Shown one piece after another: positions 1-13,602 of a DNA stretch of 64,000 nucleotides. Position numbers and translations under genes: made by a program. The stretch covers positions 1,736,001 through 1,800,000 of the forward strand of contig CM022668.1 in NCBI GenBank assembly GCA_012295275.1, given 5' to 3'. Each line of letters starts with the position of its first letter. Position 1 is the first letter of the stretch. Below the pieces are notes generated by a model. The model was not told where the DNA came from. It ran no database searches and saw only the letters and a program-made list of their open reading frames with translations. Origin of the DNA: Chrysomallon squamiferum. Its lineage: Eukaryota; Animalia; Mollusca.

Positions 1-3000
1 AGATGATTTCAATGAAATTTTCATACAGGCTAATGACATGTGAGTTTATTTTTAGTGTGTATTGAATACAATATTAAGTATTGTAATAAAACATGTGATG
101 ACATTAAAAAAATAATAATAATAATAAAATAAATAAATAAAAATAATAAAATATAGTAAAAAGAAATAAAAGAAAAATGAAATTCTCTGAAATTATATAT
201 TTAATAGTTTTGTATATTTGCTCAGCATTAATTTATTTTTATTTTTTTCATTTATTTATTTTTTAATCTAAATATTTTTCCCTTAATAAGTTTATTTTTT
301 AATTTTTTTTGTTTTCAATAATTTAGACTTCCTGCTATTCGGAGAGTCCGTCCATCGCGAAGAAAACCAGCTCAAAGTCAGAATCCTCTGAAAACTATGT
401 CACAACACATTGAGATCAAACAGGAGTACACACAGGTGGACCGAGGTGTTGCAGAACTCGAATTCAGACGCTTTAAAAAAGAACAATGTAAGATAAATAA
501 CTGTTTATGTTGCATGTGCATGTCAGGTTGGTTGTTCCCAGTGTAATGTCAGGTTGATTGTTTTCAGTTTCATTTCAGGTTGATTGTTCTCAGTGTCATG
601 TCAGGTTGATTGTTCCCAGTGTCATGTCAGGTTGATTGTTCTCAGTGTCATGTCAGGTTGATTGATCCAGTGTCATGTCAGGTTGATTGTTCTCAGTGTC
701 ATGTCAGGTTGATTGTTCCCAGTGTCATGTCAGGTTGATTGTTCCCAGTGTCATGTCAGGTTGATTGTTTTCAGTTTCATTTCAGGTTGATTGTTCTCAG
801 TGTCATGTCAGGTTGATTGTTCCCAGTGTCATGTCAGGTTGATTGTTCTCAGTGTCATGTCAGGTTGATTGATCCAGTGTCATGTCAGGTTGATTGTTCT
901 CAGTGTCATGTCAGGTTGATTGATCCAGTGTCATGTCAGGTTGATTGTTCCCAGTGTCATGTCAGGTTGATTGTTTTCAGTTTCATTTCAGGTTGATTGT
1001 TCTCAGTGTCATGTCAGGTTGATTGTTCCCAGTGTCATGTCAGGTTGATTGTTCTCAGTGTCATGTCAGGTTGATTGATTCAGTGTCATGTCAGGTTGAT
1101 TGTTCTCAGTGTCATGTCAGGTTGATTGTTCTCAGTGTCATGTCAGGTTGATTGTTCCCAGTGTCATGTCAGGTTGATTGTTCTCAGTGTCATGTCAGGT
1201 TGATTGATCCAGTGTTATGTCAGGTTGATTGTTCTCAGTGTCATGTCAGGGTTATTGTTCTAAGTGTCATGTCAGGTTGATTGTTCCCAGTGTCATGTCA
1301 GGTTGTTTGTTCTCAATGTCATGTCACTGTGATGTTTGAAAAATAAATTACAAAAAGATTTTTTGCCATTGCAGATCTATTTTATTATTAATTCTTTTTC
1401 TTATCTATTTCTTAGCTAAGAAAAGGCTGAAAAATGTTTTTATAAAATAAAAATTAATGTGGTTTATGGTTGCATATATTAATTTTGTTAAACATTGAGT
1501 AATGACATAATTAGGGAGAAAAATTAAATTAACTCTGGTAACAAATAAAATGAGGAATAAAATTGTTTATTAATTAAGTTTTACCACTAGGGCTTGTTAA
1601 CCTTCATTAAAATACCCAGATTAATTTGATGATTATCTAATAATATGAAATGAAGACAGTTAATGATTTATTATTATTATCATTTTTCTTCATCTTTTTG
1701 TTTTTGTTTGTTGTTTATTTCTCTTTTTTCATAGAGGATTAATATTAGATTGTTTAAAACTTGACTCCTTAACAACAGAAGATTTTAAAATTTTCATTTA
1801 ATTTAATCTTTTTCCTAAGTTTAAAATTTATGCTATTACTTATTTTTAAACAAATATTTCAGTATCTAAGGAGACTGGGTTTGCTCAGGAGGCACTGGCA
1901 GGACTTGCAAGCAAGGAGAACTTTTCTAAGATAGAACTGCGTAAAATGGATGAAGCCTCAACTCCAGGAACAGCACAGCGATACGAACCATTTAAGAATT
2001 TGATGTTGCTGCACATCAAAGGACGAAGAACTGTACAGACGAGGCTGGTGGAACCGAGCTGTAAATCTTTAAACAGTGGCGACTGCTTCATATTAGTCAC
2101 ACCTGATAAAGTCATACACTGGATTGGAGAATTCAGCAATGTCATTGAAAAAGCGAAGGTAAAAGAAAAAGATATGGTCCTATTTGTTTTTGTTATTTTA
2201 AAAGATATATTTTTTTGGTAATTACAGTAATAAGAGAATTGTGAATGTATTAGGAGATGTGGCTGTAATGTTTTGATTAAATTGTTAGAAGATAAATAAA
2301 CACCTAAACAGTTTAAAATAAAGTTAATATTGAAGGAAGAACGATAACTGTCATTCCTTTGTGAAAATTAATAAAGACTAAAAAGTTCTTATCATCATTC
2401 AAAGATATTTTATTACTTTCTAGTCTTCTGAAATTGCCTCTGTGATAAGTACAAAGAAAGACCTGGGCTGCAGAAGTTCGGTTGTCTTGACAACAGTTGA
2501 TGAAGTGAAGAGTCAACTTGGCATTGGTACTGTGTTCTGGTCAGCACTGGGAGGGCAGTCAGAGTATCAAGGTGACAGTTTGTTATTATTAAACTTCTCA
2601 AATTCAGACATTTAAAATAATCAGTGATTCTTACTAAACTTTTAAGCATATCTTGTGGAATTTATTTAGAAAATTTTAATTTATGGAGATACAAGTTCTA
2701 GTAATATTCTAGTGTTAATGTTGTTTTGTTGTGTATTTAACATTAAGTTAATGTTTTTCAAATATTTGTTTCATTCTTAAACTTAACAAATTGTATTTTA
2801 ATTTTTAAGTCTAATGTTTGCTCTTCGTTTTCCGAATAACCAAATTTTAATTAATTTTATTATAGTTGTTCTTAATTTCTTGTTATTAATAGCAGTGTTA
2901 GTATTAGTAATAATAATAGTGGTGGTAGAAGTAGTTATAATAATATGACAAGTAGTACTAGAAGATAAAGTTGTAGTATAAAGAGTAAAAGCAGTAGTAG

Positions 3001-6000
3001 AATTAGTAGTAGTAGTGATAACAATAGTAACAGATGTAGCAGCAGTATTTGTTTATTTATTTATACTAGTGATAGCAATACTAATAGTAGTAGCAGCAGT
3101 ATTTATTTATTTATTTATATATGTTAGCAATCCTAATAGTGGCAGCAATATTTGCTTATTTATAGCAGTGATAGCAATTGTAATAGTAGTAGCAGCAGTA
3201 TTTATTTATTTATTTATATATGTTAGCAATACTAATAGTGGCAGCAATATTTGCTTATTTATAGCATTCATAGCAATAGTAATCGTAGTAACAACAGTAT
3301 TTATTTATAGCATTGATAGCAATAGTAATAGTAGTAACAGCAGTATTTATTTATTTATAGAAGATAGCAATATTATTAATAGTAGCAGCAGTATTTATTT
3401 ATTTATAGAGCTGATAGCAATAGTAATAGTAGTAACAGCAGTATTTATTTATAGTAGAATAGCAATAGTAATAGTAGTAACAGCAGTATTTATTTATTTA
3501 TAGTATGATAGCAATAGAAGTAGTAGTAGCAGCAATATTTATTTATTTATAGTAGTAGCAATAGAAGTAGTAGCAGCAGTATTTATTTATTTATTGATAG
3601 CAATAGTAATAGTAGTGATAGCAATATTAATAATAATAGCAGCAGTAGCAGTATTTATTTATAGTAATTTAATACAGTAGAAATAGTAGTAGCAGCAGTA
3701 ATAGCAGTATTTATTTTTTTATATAAGTAATAGTAGTATTTATTTATTTACAATAGTATAAGTAATTGTAGTATTTATTTATTTATAATAATACAAGTAA
3801 TAGTAGTATTTATTTATTTATAATAGTACATAATAGTACAAGTAATAGTAGTATTTATTTATTCACAGTAGTAATAGTAATAGTAGTATTTATTTATTTA
3901 TAATAGTACAAGTAATAGTAGTATTTATTTATTTATAGTAGTAATAGTAGTATTTATTTATTTATAATAGTACAAGTAATAGTAGTATTTATTTATAATA
4001 GTATAAGTAATAGTAGTATTTATTTATTTATAATAGTATAAGTAATAGTAGTATTTATTTATAATAGTATAAGTAATAGTAGTATTTATTTATTTATAAT
4101 AGTACAAGTAATAGTAGTATTTATTTATTTATAAGTAATAGTAGTATTTATTTATTTATAATAGTATAAGTAATAGCAGTATTTATTTATTTATAATAGT
4201 ATAAGTAATAGTAGTATTTATTTATTTATAACAGTGTAAGTAATTGTAGTATTTATTTATTTATAATAGTATAAGTAATAGCAGTATTTATTTATTTAGA
4301 ATAATATAAGTAATAGCAGTATTTATTTATTTATAGTATAAGTAATAGTAGTATTTATTTATTTATAATAGTATAAGTAATAGCAGTATTTATTTATTTA
4401 TAATAGTATAAGTAATAGTAGTATTTATTTATTTATAATAGTATAAGTAATAGCAGTATTTATTTATTTATAATAGTATAAGTAATAGTAGTATTTATTT
4501 ATTTATAATAGTATAAGTAATAGCAGTATTTATTTATTTATAGTATAAGTAATAGTAGTATTTATTTATTTATAATAGTATAAGTAATAGCAGTATTTAT
4601 TTATTTATAGTATAAGTAATTGTAGTATTTATTTATTTATAATAGTATAAGTAATAGCAGTATTTATTTATTTATAGTATAAGTAATAGCAGTATTTATT
4701 TATTTATAATAGTATAAGTAATAGCAGTATTTATTTATTTATAGTATAAGTAATTGTAGTATTTATTTATTTATAATAGTATAAGTAATAGCAGTATTTA
4801 TTTATTTATAGTATAAGTAATAGCAGTATTTATTTATTTATAATAGTATAAGTAATAGCAGTATTTATTTATAATAGTATAAGTAATAGTAGTATTTATT
4901 TATAATAGTATAAGTAATAGTAGTATTTATTTATTTATAATAGTACAAGTAATAGTAGTATTTATTTATTTATAAGTAATAGTAGTATTTATTTATTTAT
5001 AATAGTATAAGTAATAGCAGTATTTATTTATTTATAATAGTATAAGTAATAGTAGTATTTATTTATTTATAACAGTGTAAGTAATTGTAGTATTTATTTA
5101 TTTATAATAGTATAAGTAATAGCAGTATTTATTTATTTAGAATAATATAAGTAATAGCAGTATTTATTTATTTATAGTATAAGTAATAGTAGTATTTATT
5201 TATTTATAATAGTATAAGTAATAGCAGTATTTATTTATTTATAATAGTATAAGTAATAGTAGTATTTATTTATTTATAATAGTATAAGTAATAGCAGTAT
5301 TTATTTATTTATAATAGTATAAGTAATAGTAGTATTTATTTATTTATAATAGTATAAGTAATAGCAGTATTTATTTATTTATAGTATAAGTAATAGTAGT
5401 ATTTATTTATTTATAATAGTATAAGTAATAGCAGTATTTATTTATTTATAGTATAAGTAATTGTAGTATTTATTTATTTATAATAGTATAAGTAATAGCA
5501 GTATTTATTTATTTATAATAGTATAAGTAATAGCAGTATTTATTTATTTATAGTATAAGTAATAGTAGTATTTATTTATTTATTTAAATTTCTTTCAGCG
5601 TGTGGACCAGATGAGGAAGATGAGCTGTTTGAAAGTCATCTGATCAAAACAAACATGGTGTACCGGCTTGTTGACAACTCACTCGAACCTTACGAAAAAT
5701 ACTGGGGTGTCCTTCCAAAATATGAAATGTTGAAAAAGGAAGAGGTAAGTTCTATTTTTCTTATTTTTCTCATCATGTTCACATGTTTATACATAGAAAA
5801 AAAGAAAGATTTATTTATCTAACAGCCTTCTGTTATTTCAGATTTTTTTATTTCCTTTTTTATTATAAGTTTAAAAAAATAATAACGTTGGAGTTTTTAA
5901 AAAAGAAAAAAGAAAATGAAAAAAAAGACATCAGTGTTACAGCATGCTATCAATTATTAACATAAATGTGTTTCAGGTTCTAGTGTTTGATTTTGGAGGA

Positions 6001-8403
6001 GAAATGTATTTGTGGATGGGGACAGCAGTTTCCATGGACAACAGAAAACGTGCTCTGAAACTTGCTCAAAAACTGTGGGATCGAGGATATGATTACTCAG
6101 AATGTAACCTTAATCCTTTGTCTCCCCTCAGAAGTAAGTTTTTAAATCTGTTGTTTCAGTACAGAGATTATGTTAATGACTTAATACTCTTAATAAGTAA
6201 TGTTTAAATATGTATTTTTTTTCCTAAATTAAAAGAACTGAAAAAAAGGGAACACCCTACTAGGCTACATTAATCCTTAATCTGTCATCAGAAGTGATGT
6301 TTGCACAAATGTTTATCAGATTAATAAATTAACTCTATTTCCCACAAATTCAACTGTTTGTTCCCAAATGTAATCTCTTGGTAACTTAACACCTGAATGA
6401 TGGTGATCTCCGTCATAGTTTTAAAATTGCCACACATTAGCGATGTGACTTATAGTGCTGACGTATGCAGTTATTGATCTACTATGGGCTTCCCCAGCAT
6501 GCAAGTACGAGCAGAAACTTGTTTCAAAAACGCCCAGCACCAAAGGTGTTAATATTCAGTGTCATACTTATCTTTATTAATTCTTCGTTAACCTCAAATG
6601 AATTCTGTCAATATTATTTGTGTTTTTGACATTCAGCTGAGGAAGATGGTGGTTTGAAGATGGCTGACACAAAGAGACCCGACTGGGCACTGTTTGGTAA
6701 AGTCAGTCAGAACATGGAGACTGTTTTATTTCGAGAGAAGTTCAGTGACTGGCCAGATACTTCAAGAATTATTCGTTGCCGTGGTCACAGTGAAGAAAAA
6801 CAGAAAAAGGTATTATTGTGTTGTTGCTCGGTGGTTAATATCTGAAAAATAAGTTTATCTCAGTAGTCATTTTGAAGTAAATCTGAAAAGCAAAGTTATG
6901 AACCTGACTGAAAAGAGGGGTTTCACTGCTGGTTAGTCCAGTCATGGGCAAGCTGTCTGAGTGGCTGCCTACTTTCACAAGGAAAATAACAATTCAAATT
7001 TTATAAAATGAGTCTGATTTGTATTTACTAATATACTAAAACTCATGTAATTTTTTTATTATAACAGGTCCTGAAGTAAATGAAAATGAAAAATTTCTTA
7101 AAATAAACTCTACATAAAAACACAAATTTATTTTGACACGTAATCTCCAGAATCGCCTAAATTAGTAACTGCGGCCCGCCTGAGGATGAGCCATGTCTCA
7201 TGTGGCCCACTCCTCAAACAAGGTTGCCCATGCCTGGATTAGACTCTTTTAGTAATACAGTAGTCCAGACTGGATTTTTTTTTTTTTCATGAATGTCAAG
7301 TGACATGTTATTGTCTTTTCTCTTTTTTAATGAAGTCATTCTGTTTAGCAGATGTTGTCCACTCTGATGGTCCATCATTTTAGCCAAATTGTGGGTCTGC
7401 CATTACACGTTTTTCTCATGATTACTCCATACTTTCTCATACCATTCTAACAGAGCTTGAGTGAACAATTTTGGCATACCAGAAAAAAAAGTAAAATTTA
7501 ACTCTTCATTATATAATTTTGTAGTTTTATTATCTATATAATAGTTTTAATAACAATTCAAATAGCATTAAATTAAAAATTCCAAAATCAAACTGATATT
7601 TTAAGTATATTATAAACATCTATGTATGAATATGTGTGTATAATTTTTATTTTTATTGGTTTGTGTTTGACAGAGTGATATCAGTGAACTGAAACCCTGT
7701 GATGTAAAGAAAATGTTGGAACCCATAAAAACACCTGTTTCCTTGTTTCTGGAAGGATCTCATGTTGGTAGAGGGACCAAATGGTAATAATTGGGCAGCT
7801 TTCAAACTCATACAGTATTTCTCTGGATTGTATAAATTGCATTTCTTGATTAAAAATACTTATTTATTTGTCATATTAAAATTTCATTGTATTGTTGTAT
7901 GTAAGCATGCATGCGTGCATGAGTGAATGTGTACTTATCTGTGCATTTATTGTTTATGTTTTCATATATATATATATTTGTAGACTAACTTATTGCTAAA
8001 GTGTAATGTTTTTAATTAATTAATTAATTAATTTATTTATTTATTAAGTAAGAAAGAATAACAAATTTAACAAATTATAATTTTCAAACTGAACTTTTTG
8101 TTTATAGGAAGGAGGACGTGGATGGTCTAATTCGTGAATTTGATGTTCTCACCTTGTCCACGGCCACGTGGCATGTCCTAGAGTATGACCATTACAAGTT
8201 GCCAGAGCTCAGTTACGGTCAGTTCCATGATGGAGACACGTACGTGGTGCGTTGGCAGTACATGATTACAGCTTCAGGTAACACATCATTAATATACAAA
8301 ATTGTTACATTGATCTTTAGACTTGTGTTACTTTTGATATAATGTTATTTAAAATATATTTCCATTATAATTTTTTGTTTCCTCTGATTATTATATTTTG
8401 TTT

Positions 8404-8469
<66 letters not shown>

Positions 8470-9511
8470 TTTGAATCTGACAAGTAAATTATTATTTGTT
8501 ACTATCAACAATGAGTAAATTTATTACTGTGTTTGAATTGTTCAGGTATCAAGTCTCTGAAAGGTCACAGTGCTCGACACTCGCTGACTGGCAGAGAGAA
8601 GTGTGCGTATTTCTTCTGGCAGGGAAACAAGTCGACAGTCAATGAGAAGGGTGCGTCTGCTCTCATGACTGTGGAATTGGATGAGGAGAGAGGACCTCAA
8701 GTTTGTTTTCTTAATCTTTTATTTCTAATTTAGTTATATTAGTTTTGTTTTCATGTCAACATGAAGCTGGTTAAATGCTGTCAGTTACAGATATCTAAAT
8801 GTTTATTTTTTTTTTTTGAAAGATGAATGTAATGTTCATAAGCTAATGTTACTTTCATAGCAGCTAACATTTCAGAAGGTTACATTATTTATGGTTACCA
8901 TTTACTTATAACATATTTCTGACTGAATATCAATTTCTATCAGTCTGTTTTTTCCATGGTCACTGCTTATTCATGTTTATCCTTCTCTCTATCTCTCTTT
9001 CTCTCTCATCACAACATTTCTATCTCTGTTGATAAATACATCATAAATAGACTGAAAATCAGGTAAAAATAATGTTTCATTCTGTGTTTCAGGTTAGGGT
9101 AGTGCAAGGAAAGGAGCCTCCGTGTTTTCTAAATCTGTTCAAGGGTAAAATGATCATCCACATAGGAAAACGTGAAGATCCTTCCACTAACACTCAGGGA
9201 TCCACTCGCTTCTACTGGGTGCGGGGCGAGTTTGACAATGAGTTGTGTCTTGTTGAGATTCCTCTACAAATGAGCAATCTGCGCAGTCGCTCGTCCCTGC
9301 TGGTTCTCAGTGTCAGCACAGGACTGCTGTATGTGTGGCACGGCTGCAAGTCTTTGCCTCACGCTCGCAACCTGGCGCTCACAGCTGCACAGCAACTCAA
9401 ATCTCAGTGAGCTTTACAAGTTTTACATTTGTTAAAGTAAACGTGTCAGTGTTGTCTTTGGTTCTGTTACAATTTGGGTGTGTGAGTGCCTGTAAGTAAG
9501 AGTTTTGGGTG

Positions 9512-9548
<37 letters not shown>

Positions 9549-12500
9549 TGTGTGTGTGTGGGGGTGAGTGGGGGTGAGTGTAAGTGTGTGAGTGAAAATA
9601 TTTAAAATACATCTGCATGTACGAATAGGAATAACAAGCCAGTTTATAATTATTACCTGGATAATTAAACAAGCAGAGTACTTCAGAATGCAAACAAACA
9701 GCAGATTAATTATTTAAACTATTTTTAGATGTCCGCTGGAAGTTGGTCTTCATAAGGATGCCTGTATTGTGATAACAGAGGTTGAAGAGGGACAAGAAAC
9801 CTCAGCTTTCTGGACAGCTCTTGATGGATACTATCAAAACAGTTACCTGTCTCTCATTAAAGGTAAGAAATTTTATAGAGGTATCATATCCAAAATATAT
9901 TTAGAAATATTATCTTTAAATTAAATTGGTAAAATTGCACATACACTATTTAATAGTGATTTTTGACCATTTTTTTTTTATTTATTTCTTACAATTGTTA
10001 TAATTGTCATTATTGTTGTTGCTGTTTTGTCATTGTTTTATTACTATTTAATATTTTTAGCAACATGCTAGTACCATCTTTACAATAATTTTATCAGTAT
10101 AGAAATATACTCAGTCACAGTTAATGAAATTTCTTTTTCAGATCCTAAGCCATATACGCACACAATCCGTATTTTCAACATGTGCAGTGTGTCGGGGGTG
10201 CTGGAAGTGAACGAAGTGCCTAACCCATCGCGGTCTGAGATGACTACGCCATTTCCATTCCTGCAGTCTGATCTGTACAAGCCAGCGCAGCCTGCCCTGT
10301 TTCTCATAGACAATGACCATGAGGTGTACCTCTGGCAGGGCTGGTGGCCAGTGGCAACTGAGGAACAGGAGAATGTGAAGACAGGATCTGCTCATGCCCG
10401 TTTCAATGTTGACAGAAAATGTGCAATACAGACTGCCATTGATTACTGTAATGGTTGGTATATTTATAATTTATTCATTTCACATTCTTCTTGGATTCTT
10501 AACATTATGGACATTGAAAAATTACAATCAAGATATTTTGACAGACAGACACACACATAATGATATATGGATTGAATCAGCAATCTTACCTTTGCATGAT
10601 AAAGCTGATATCTGAAGACAGTAACCAGTTATTCCTTACACATACACACCCATGCATGCACACATACACATAGACACATGCACACATAGAGTAAATTTTT
10701 CAAACAGATGCCTGTAAGGACATGAAAAAACTGCTAACAGTGAATTATGAAGAATTATATTTTGTGTATTTACAGAAAAGAATCCTGACAGCCCACCAGG
10801 AGCGTACCATGTCTGTGCGGGTGTAGAACCTCAGTGTTTTACCAACTTGTTTCCTTACTGGCAGGTGGACAAAGTGGTCAGAGACACCAGTTTGAATGTT
10901 TGTATCTCTTTACTTTGTGAATCACTTAATTCTTACATGCTGTCAGAAACTAAACAGTTTTCCTTTTCTGTTCATCTCTTCCCCTCCCCTCTCTACCCCC
11001 TCTCTCTGTCTTTCTGTCTGTTTCTCTCTTTCTCTACCATATAGTGTACACTGTACTCTGTTTTTGTACACAGGAAGGCAAAGTAGATGGCTACATTGAT
11101 CGTTTAACAGATGTCCTCACAAGACTGAGCAAGACAAGGTTTACACTGGAAGAACTGCAGGAACGTCCACTGCCTGAAGGTGTCGATGCATCCAAACTGG
11201 AGGCATATCTTGATGATGAAGAGTTTGAGGTAAATTATTTCACTTTCATCCATTTTATTAAAGTTTCCTCTCTCGGGATTTGTTATTCAAAATGAATAGT
11301 TTTTTGAAAAGAACAGATTTTCATCATTGCTTTGATTTATGTATAATAGCTTAAACAAACCTATGATTTGCAGAAAATAATATTAAAATATATATTTAAT
11401 TATCTTTTTATAATCAGACTAAAGCTAAGTTTATAAAGAACTAATGTGTTTAGTCTTCACTTAAGAGTATATGAGGAATTAGCAGATGTGAATAAAGGAC
11501 ATTATGAAAAAATATTGTCTTTTGGAACTTTACCTTGATAAGAGAGCAATTTATTAATTCATAACAATTCTCAGAGATGTGTCAAATATTTTCTGTTTTT
11601 GGAGGAAACCAATATACTTAAACATATAATGATGTTTCAACCAATGTTGTTTACTTTCATTTGAATTGCACTCTTTTTAATATTTGTGGGGCAAAAAGAG
11701 ATTAATCACCTTTCTATTTGTTAAACCTTGAAACCAAAGCAAATATATGACTAAATAAAATGTATTGATCTAACTTTGTTAAAGATAATGAGAGCTGTTA
11801 TCAGTAGATTATAAATAGTCAATAACTTGTTTTAAATAAATAAGTACTTTGTTACAGATCATGGGAGCTGCTTATCAGTAGATTATAAATAGTCAATAAC
11901 TTGTTTTAAATAAATAAGTACTTTGTTACAGATCATGGGAGCTGTTTATCAGTAGATTATAAATAGTCAATAACTTGTTTTAAATAAATAAGTACTTTGT
12001 TACAGATCATGGGAGCTGTTTATCAGTAGATTATAAATAGTCAATAACTTGTTTTAAATAAATAAGTACTTTGTTACAGATCATGGGAGCTGTTTATCAG
12101 TAGATTATAAATAGTCAATAACTTGTTTTAAATAAATAAGTACTTTGTTACAGATCATGGGAGCTGTTTATCAGTAGATTATAAATAGTCAATAACTTGT
12201 TTTAAATAAATAAGTACTTTGTTACAGATCATGGGAGCTGTTTATCAGTAGATTATAAATAGTCAATAACTTGTTTTAAATAAATAAGTACTTTGTTACA
12301 GATCATGGGAGCTGTTTATCAGTAGATTATAAATAGTCAATAACTTGTTTTAAATAAATAAGTACTTTGTTACAGATCATGGGAGCTGTTTATCAGTAGA
12401 TTATAAATAGTCAATAACTTGTTTTAAATAAATAAGTACTTTGTTACAGATCATTTATCAGTAGATTATAAATAGTAGTCAATAACTTGTTTTAAATAAA

Positions 12501-13602
12501 TAAGTACTTTGTTACAGATCATGGGAGCTGTTTATCAGTAGATAATAAGCAGCCTACAACTTGTTTTAAATAAATAAGTACTTTGTTACAGATCATGGGA
12601 GCTGTTTATCAGTAGATTATAAATAGTCAATAACTTGTTTTAAATAAATAAGTACTTTGTTACAGATCATGGGAGCTGTTTATCAGTAGATTATAAATAG
12701 TCAATAACTTGTTTTAAATAAATAAGTACTTTGTTTCATGGGAAAGTAGATTATAAATAGTCAATAACTTGTTTTAAATAAATAAGTACTTTGTTACAGA
12801 TCATGGGAGCTGTTTATCAGTAGATTATAAATAGTCAATAACTTGTTTTAAATAAATAAGTACTTTGTTACAGATCATGGGAGCTGTTTATCAGTAGATT
12901 ATAAATAGTCAATAACTTGTTTTAAATAAATAAGTACTTTGTTACAGATCATGGGAGCTGTTATCAGTAGATTATAAATAGTCAATAACTTGTTTTAAAT
13001 AAATAAGTACTTTGTTACAGATCATGGGAGCTGTTTATCAGTAGATTATAAATAGTCAATAACTTGTTTTAAATAAATAAGTACTTTGTTACAGATCATG
13101 GGAGCTGTTTATCAGTAGATTATAAATAGTCAATAACTTGTTTTAAATAAATAAGTACTTTGTTACAGATCATGGGAGCTGTTTATCAGTAGATTATAAA
13201 TAGTCAATAACTTGTTTTAAATAAATAAGTACTTTGTTACAGATCATGGGAGCTGTTTATCAGTAGATTATAAATAGTCAATAACTTGTTTTAAATAAAT
13301 AAGTACTTTGTTACAGATCATGGGAGCTGTTTATCAGTAGATTATAAATAGTCAATAACTTGTTTTAAATAAATAAGTATTGATCTCAGTTTGTTACTGA
13401 TAATGGTAGCTGTTTATCATTAGATAAACTTGTTTTCAGACAGGAGCATACTGCTTGCAAATTGCCAAAATAAATAATTATTTGAAAATATTAAAAACAT
13501 TTTCTTCTTTTGCAGGCATTGATGGAAATGAACAGAGAGGAATTCTACGTATTGCCATCTTGGAGACAAAGACAACTTAAACAACAAGCTCACTTGTTTT
13601 AA
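1..13602 (+). CDS. SVIL: Supervillin (gelsolin/villin family), 3' part; 16 exons in window, 5' end outside window
   Basis: Exons with GT-AG and consistent phase: 1-39, 327-487, 1863-2158, 2424-2571, 5599-5744, 5977-6133, 6637-6809, 7674-7783, 8108-8277, 8546-8700, 9093-9406, 9729-9862, 10142-10453, 10776-10897, 11074-11229, 13516-13602 (TAA). Translation carries supervillin-type strings: [128 protein letters not shown]. It ends in a villin headpiece ([49 protein letters not shown]). Confidence 0.95.
520..1327. repeat. Intronic minisatellite, 26-bp unit (gtgtcatgtcaggttgattgttctca), about 31 copies
   Basis: Directly visible tandem array. The variant cagtttcattt recurs at about 565, 772 and 978, giving a higher-order period of about 207 bp. 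Confidence 0.95.
3000..5585. repeat. Intronic AT-rich minisatellite, about 32-35-bp unit (agtataagtaatagyagtatttatttatttataat)
   Basis: Visible array, degenerate at the 5' end and homogeneous towards the 3' end. It ends just before the acceptor at 5598. Confidence 0.95.
6390..6548. mobile_element. Possible short non-autonomous TTAA-flanked (piggyBac-like) element
   Basis: TTAA|cacct... at 6386-6394 and ...aggtg|TTAA at 6544-6552. The inverted ends are short and imperfect, and the interior is GC-richer than the surrounding intron. Confidence 0.3.
6939..7236. mobile_element. hAT (Charlie-like) MITE
   Basis: 5' end cagtcatgggcaagct matches the reverse complement of the 3' end, caggcatgggcaacct, at 14/16. 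Internal gcggcccgc/gtggccc motifs are typical of Charlie-type ends. The 8-bp flanks ggttagtc and gattagac (6/8, central TA) fit a decayed hAT TSD. Confidence 0.75.
11790..13430. repeat. Intronic minisatellite, 74-bp unit, about 21-22 near-identical copies, in the last supervillin intron
   Basis: Unit: gatcatgggagctgtttatcagtagattataaatagtcaataacttgttttaaataaataagtactttgttaca. There are no unique spacers. Confidence 0.97.

Noticed and set aside
3015-3503. 162-aa multi-TM-looking ORF
   Set aside because: Translation of an AT-rich intronic repeat; no ATG start or splice support.
11790-13430. CRISPR-like regular array
   Set aside because: Units are contiguous with no unique spacers, there are no cas genes, and the context is a eukaryotic intron.
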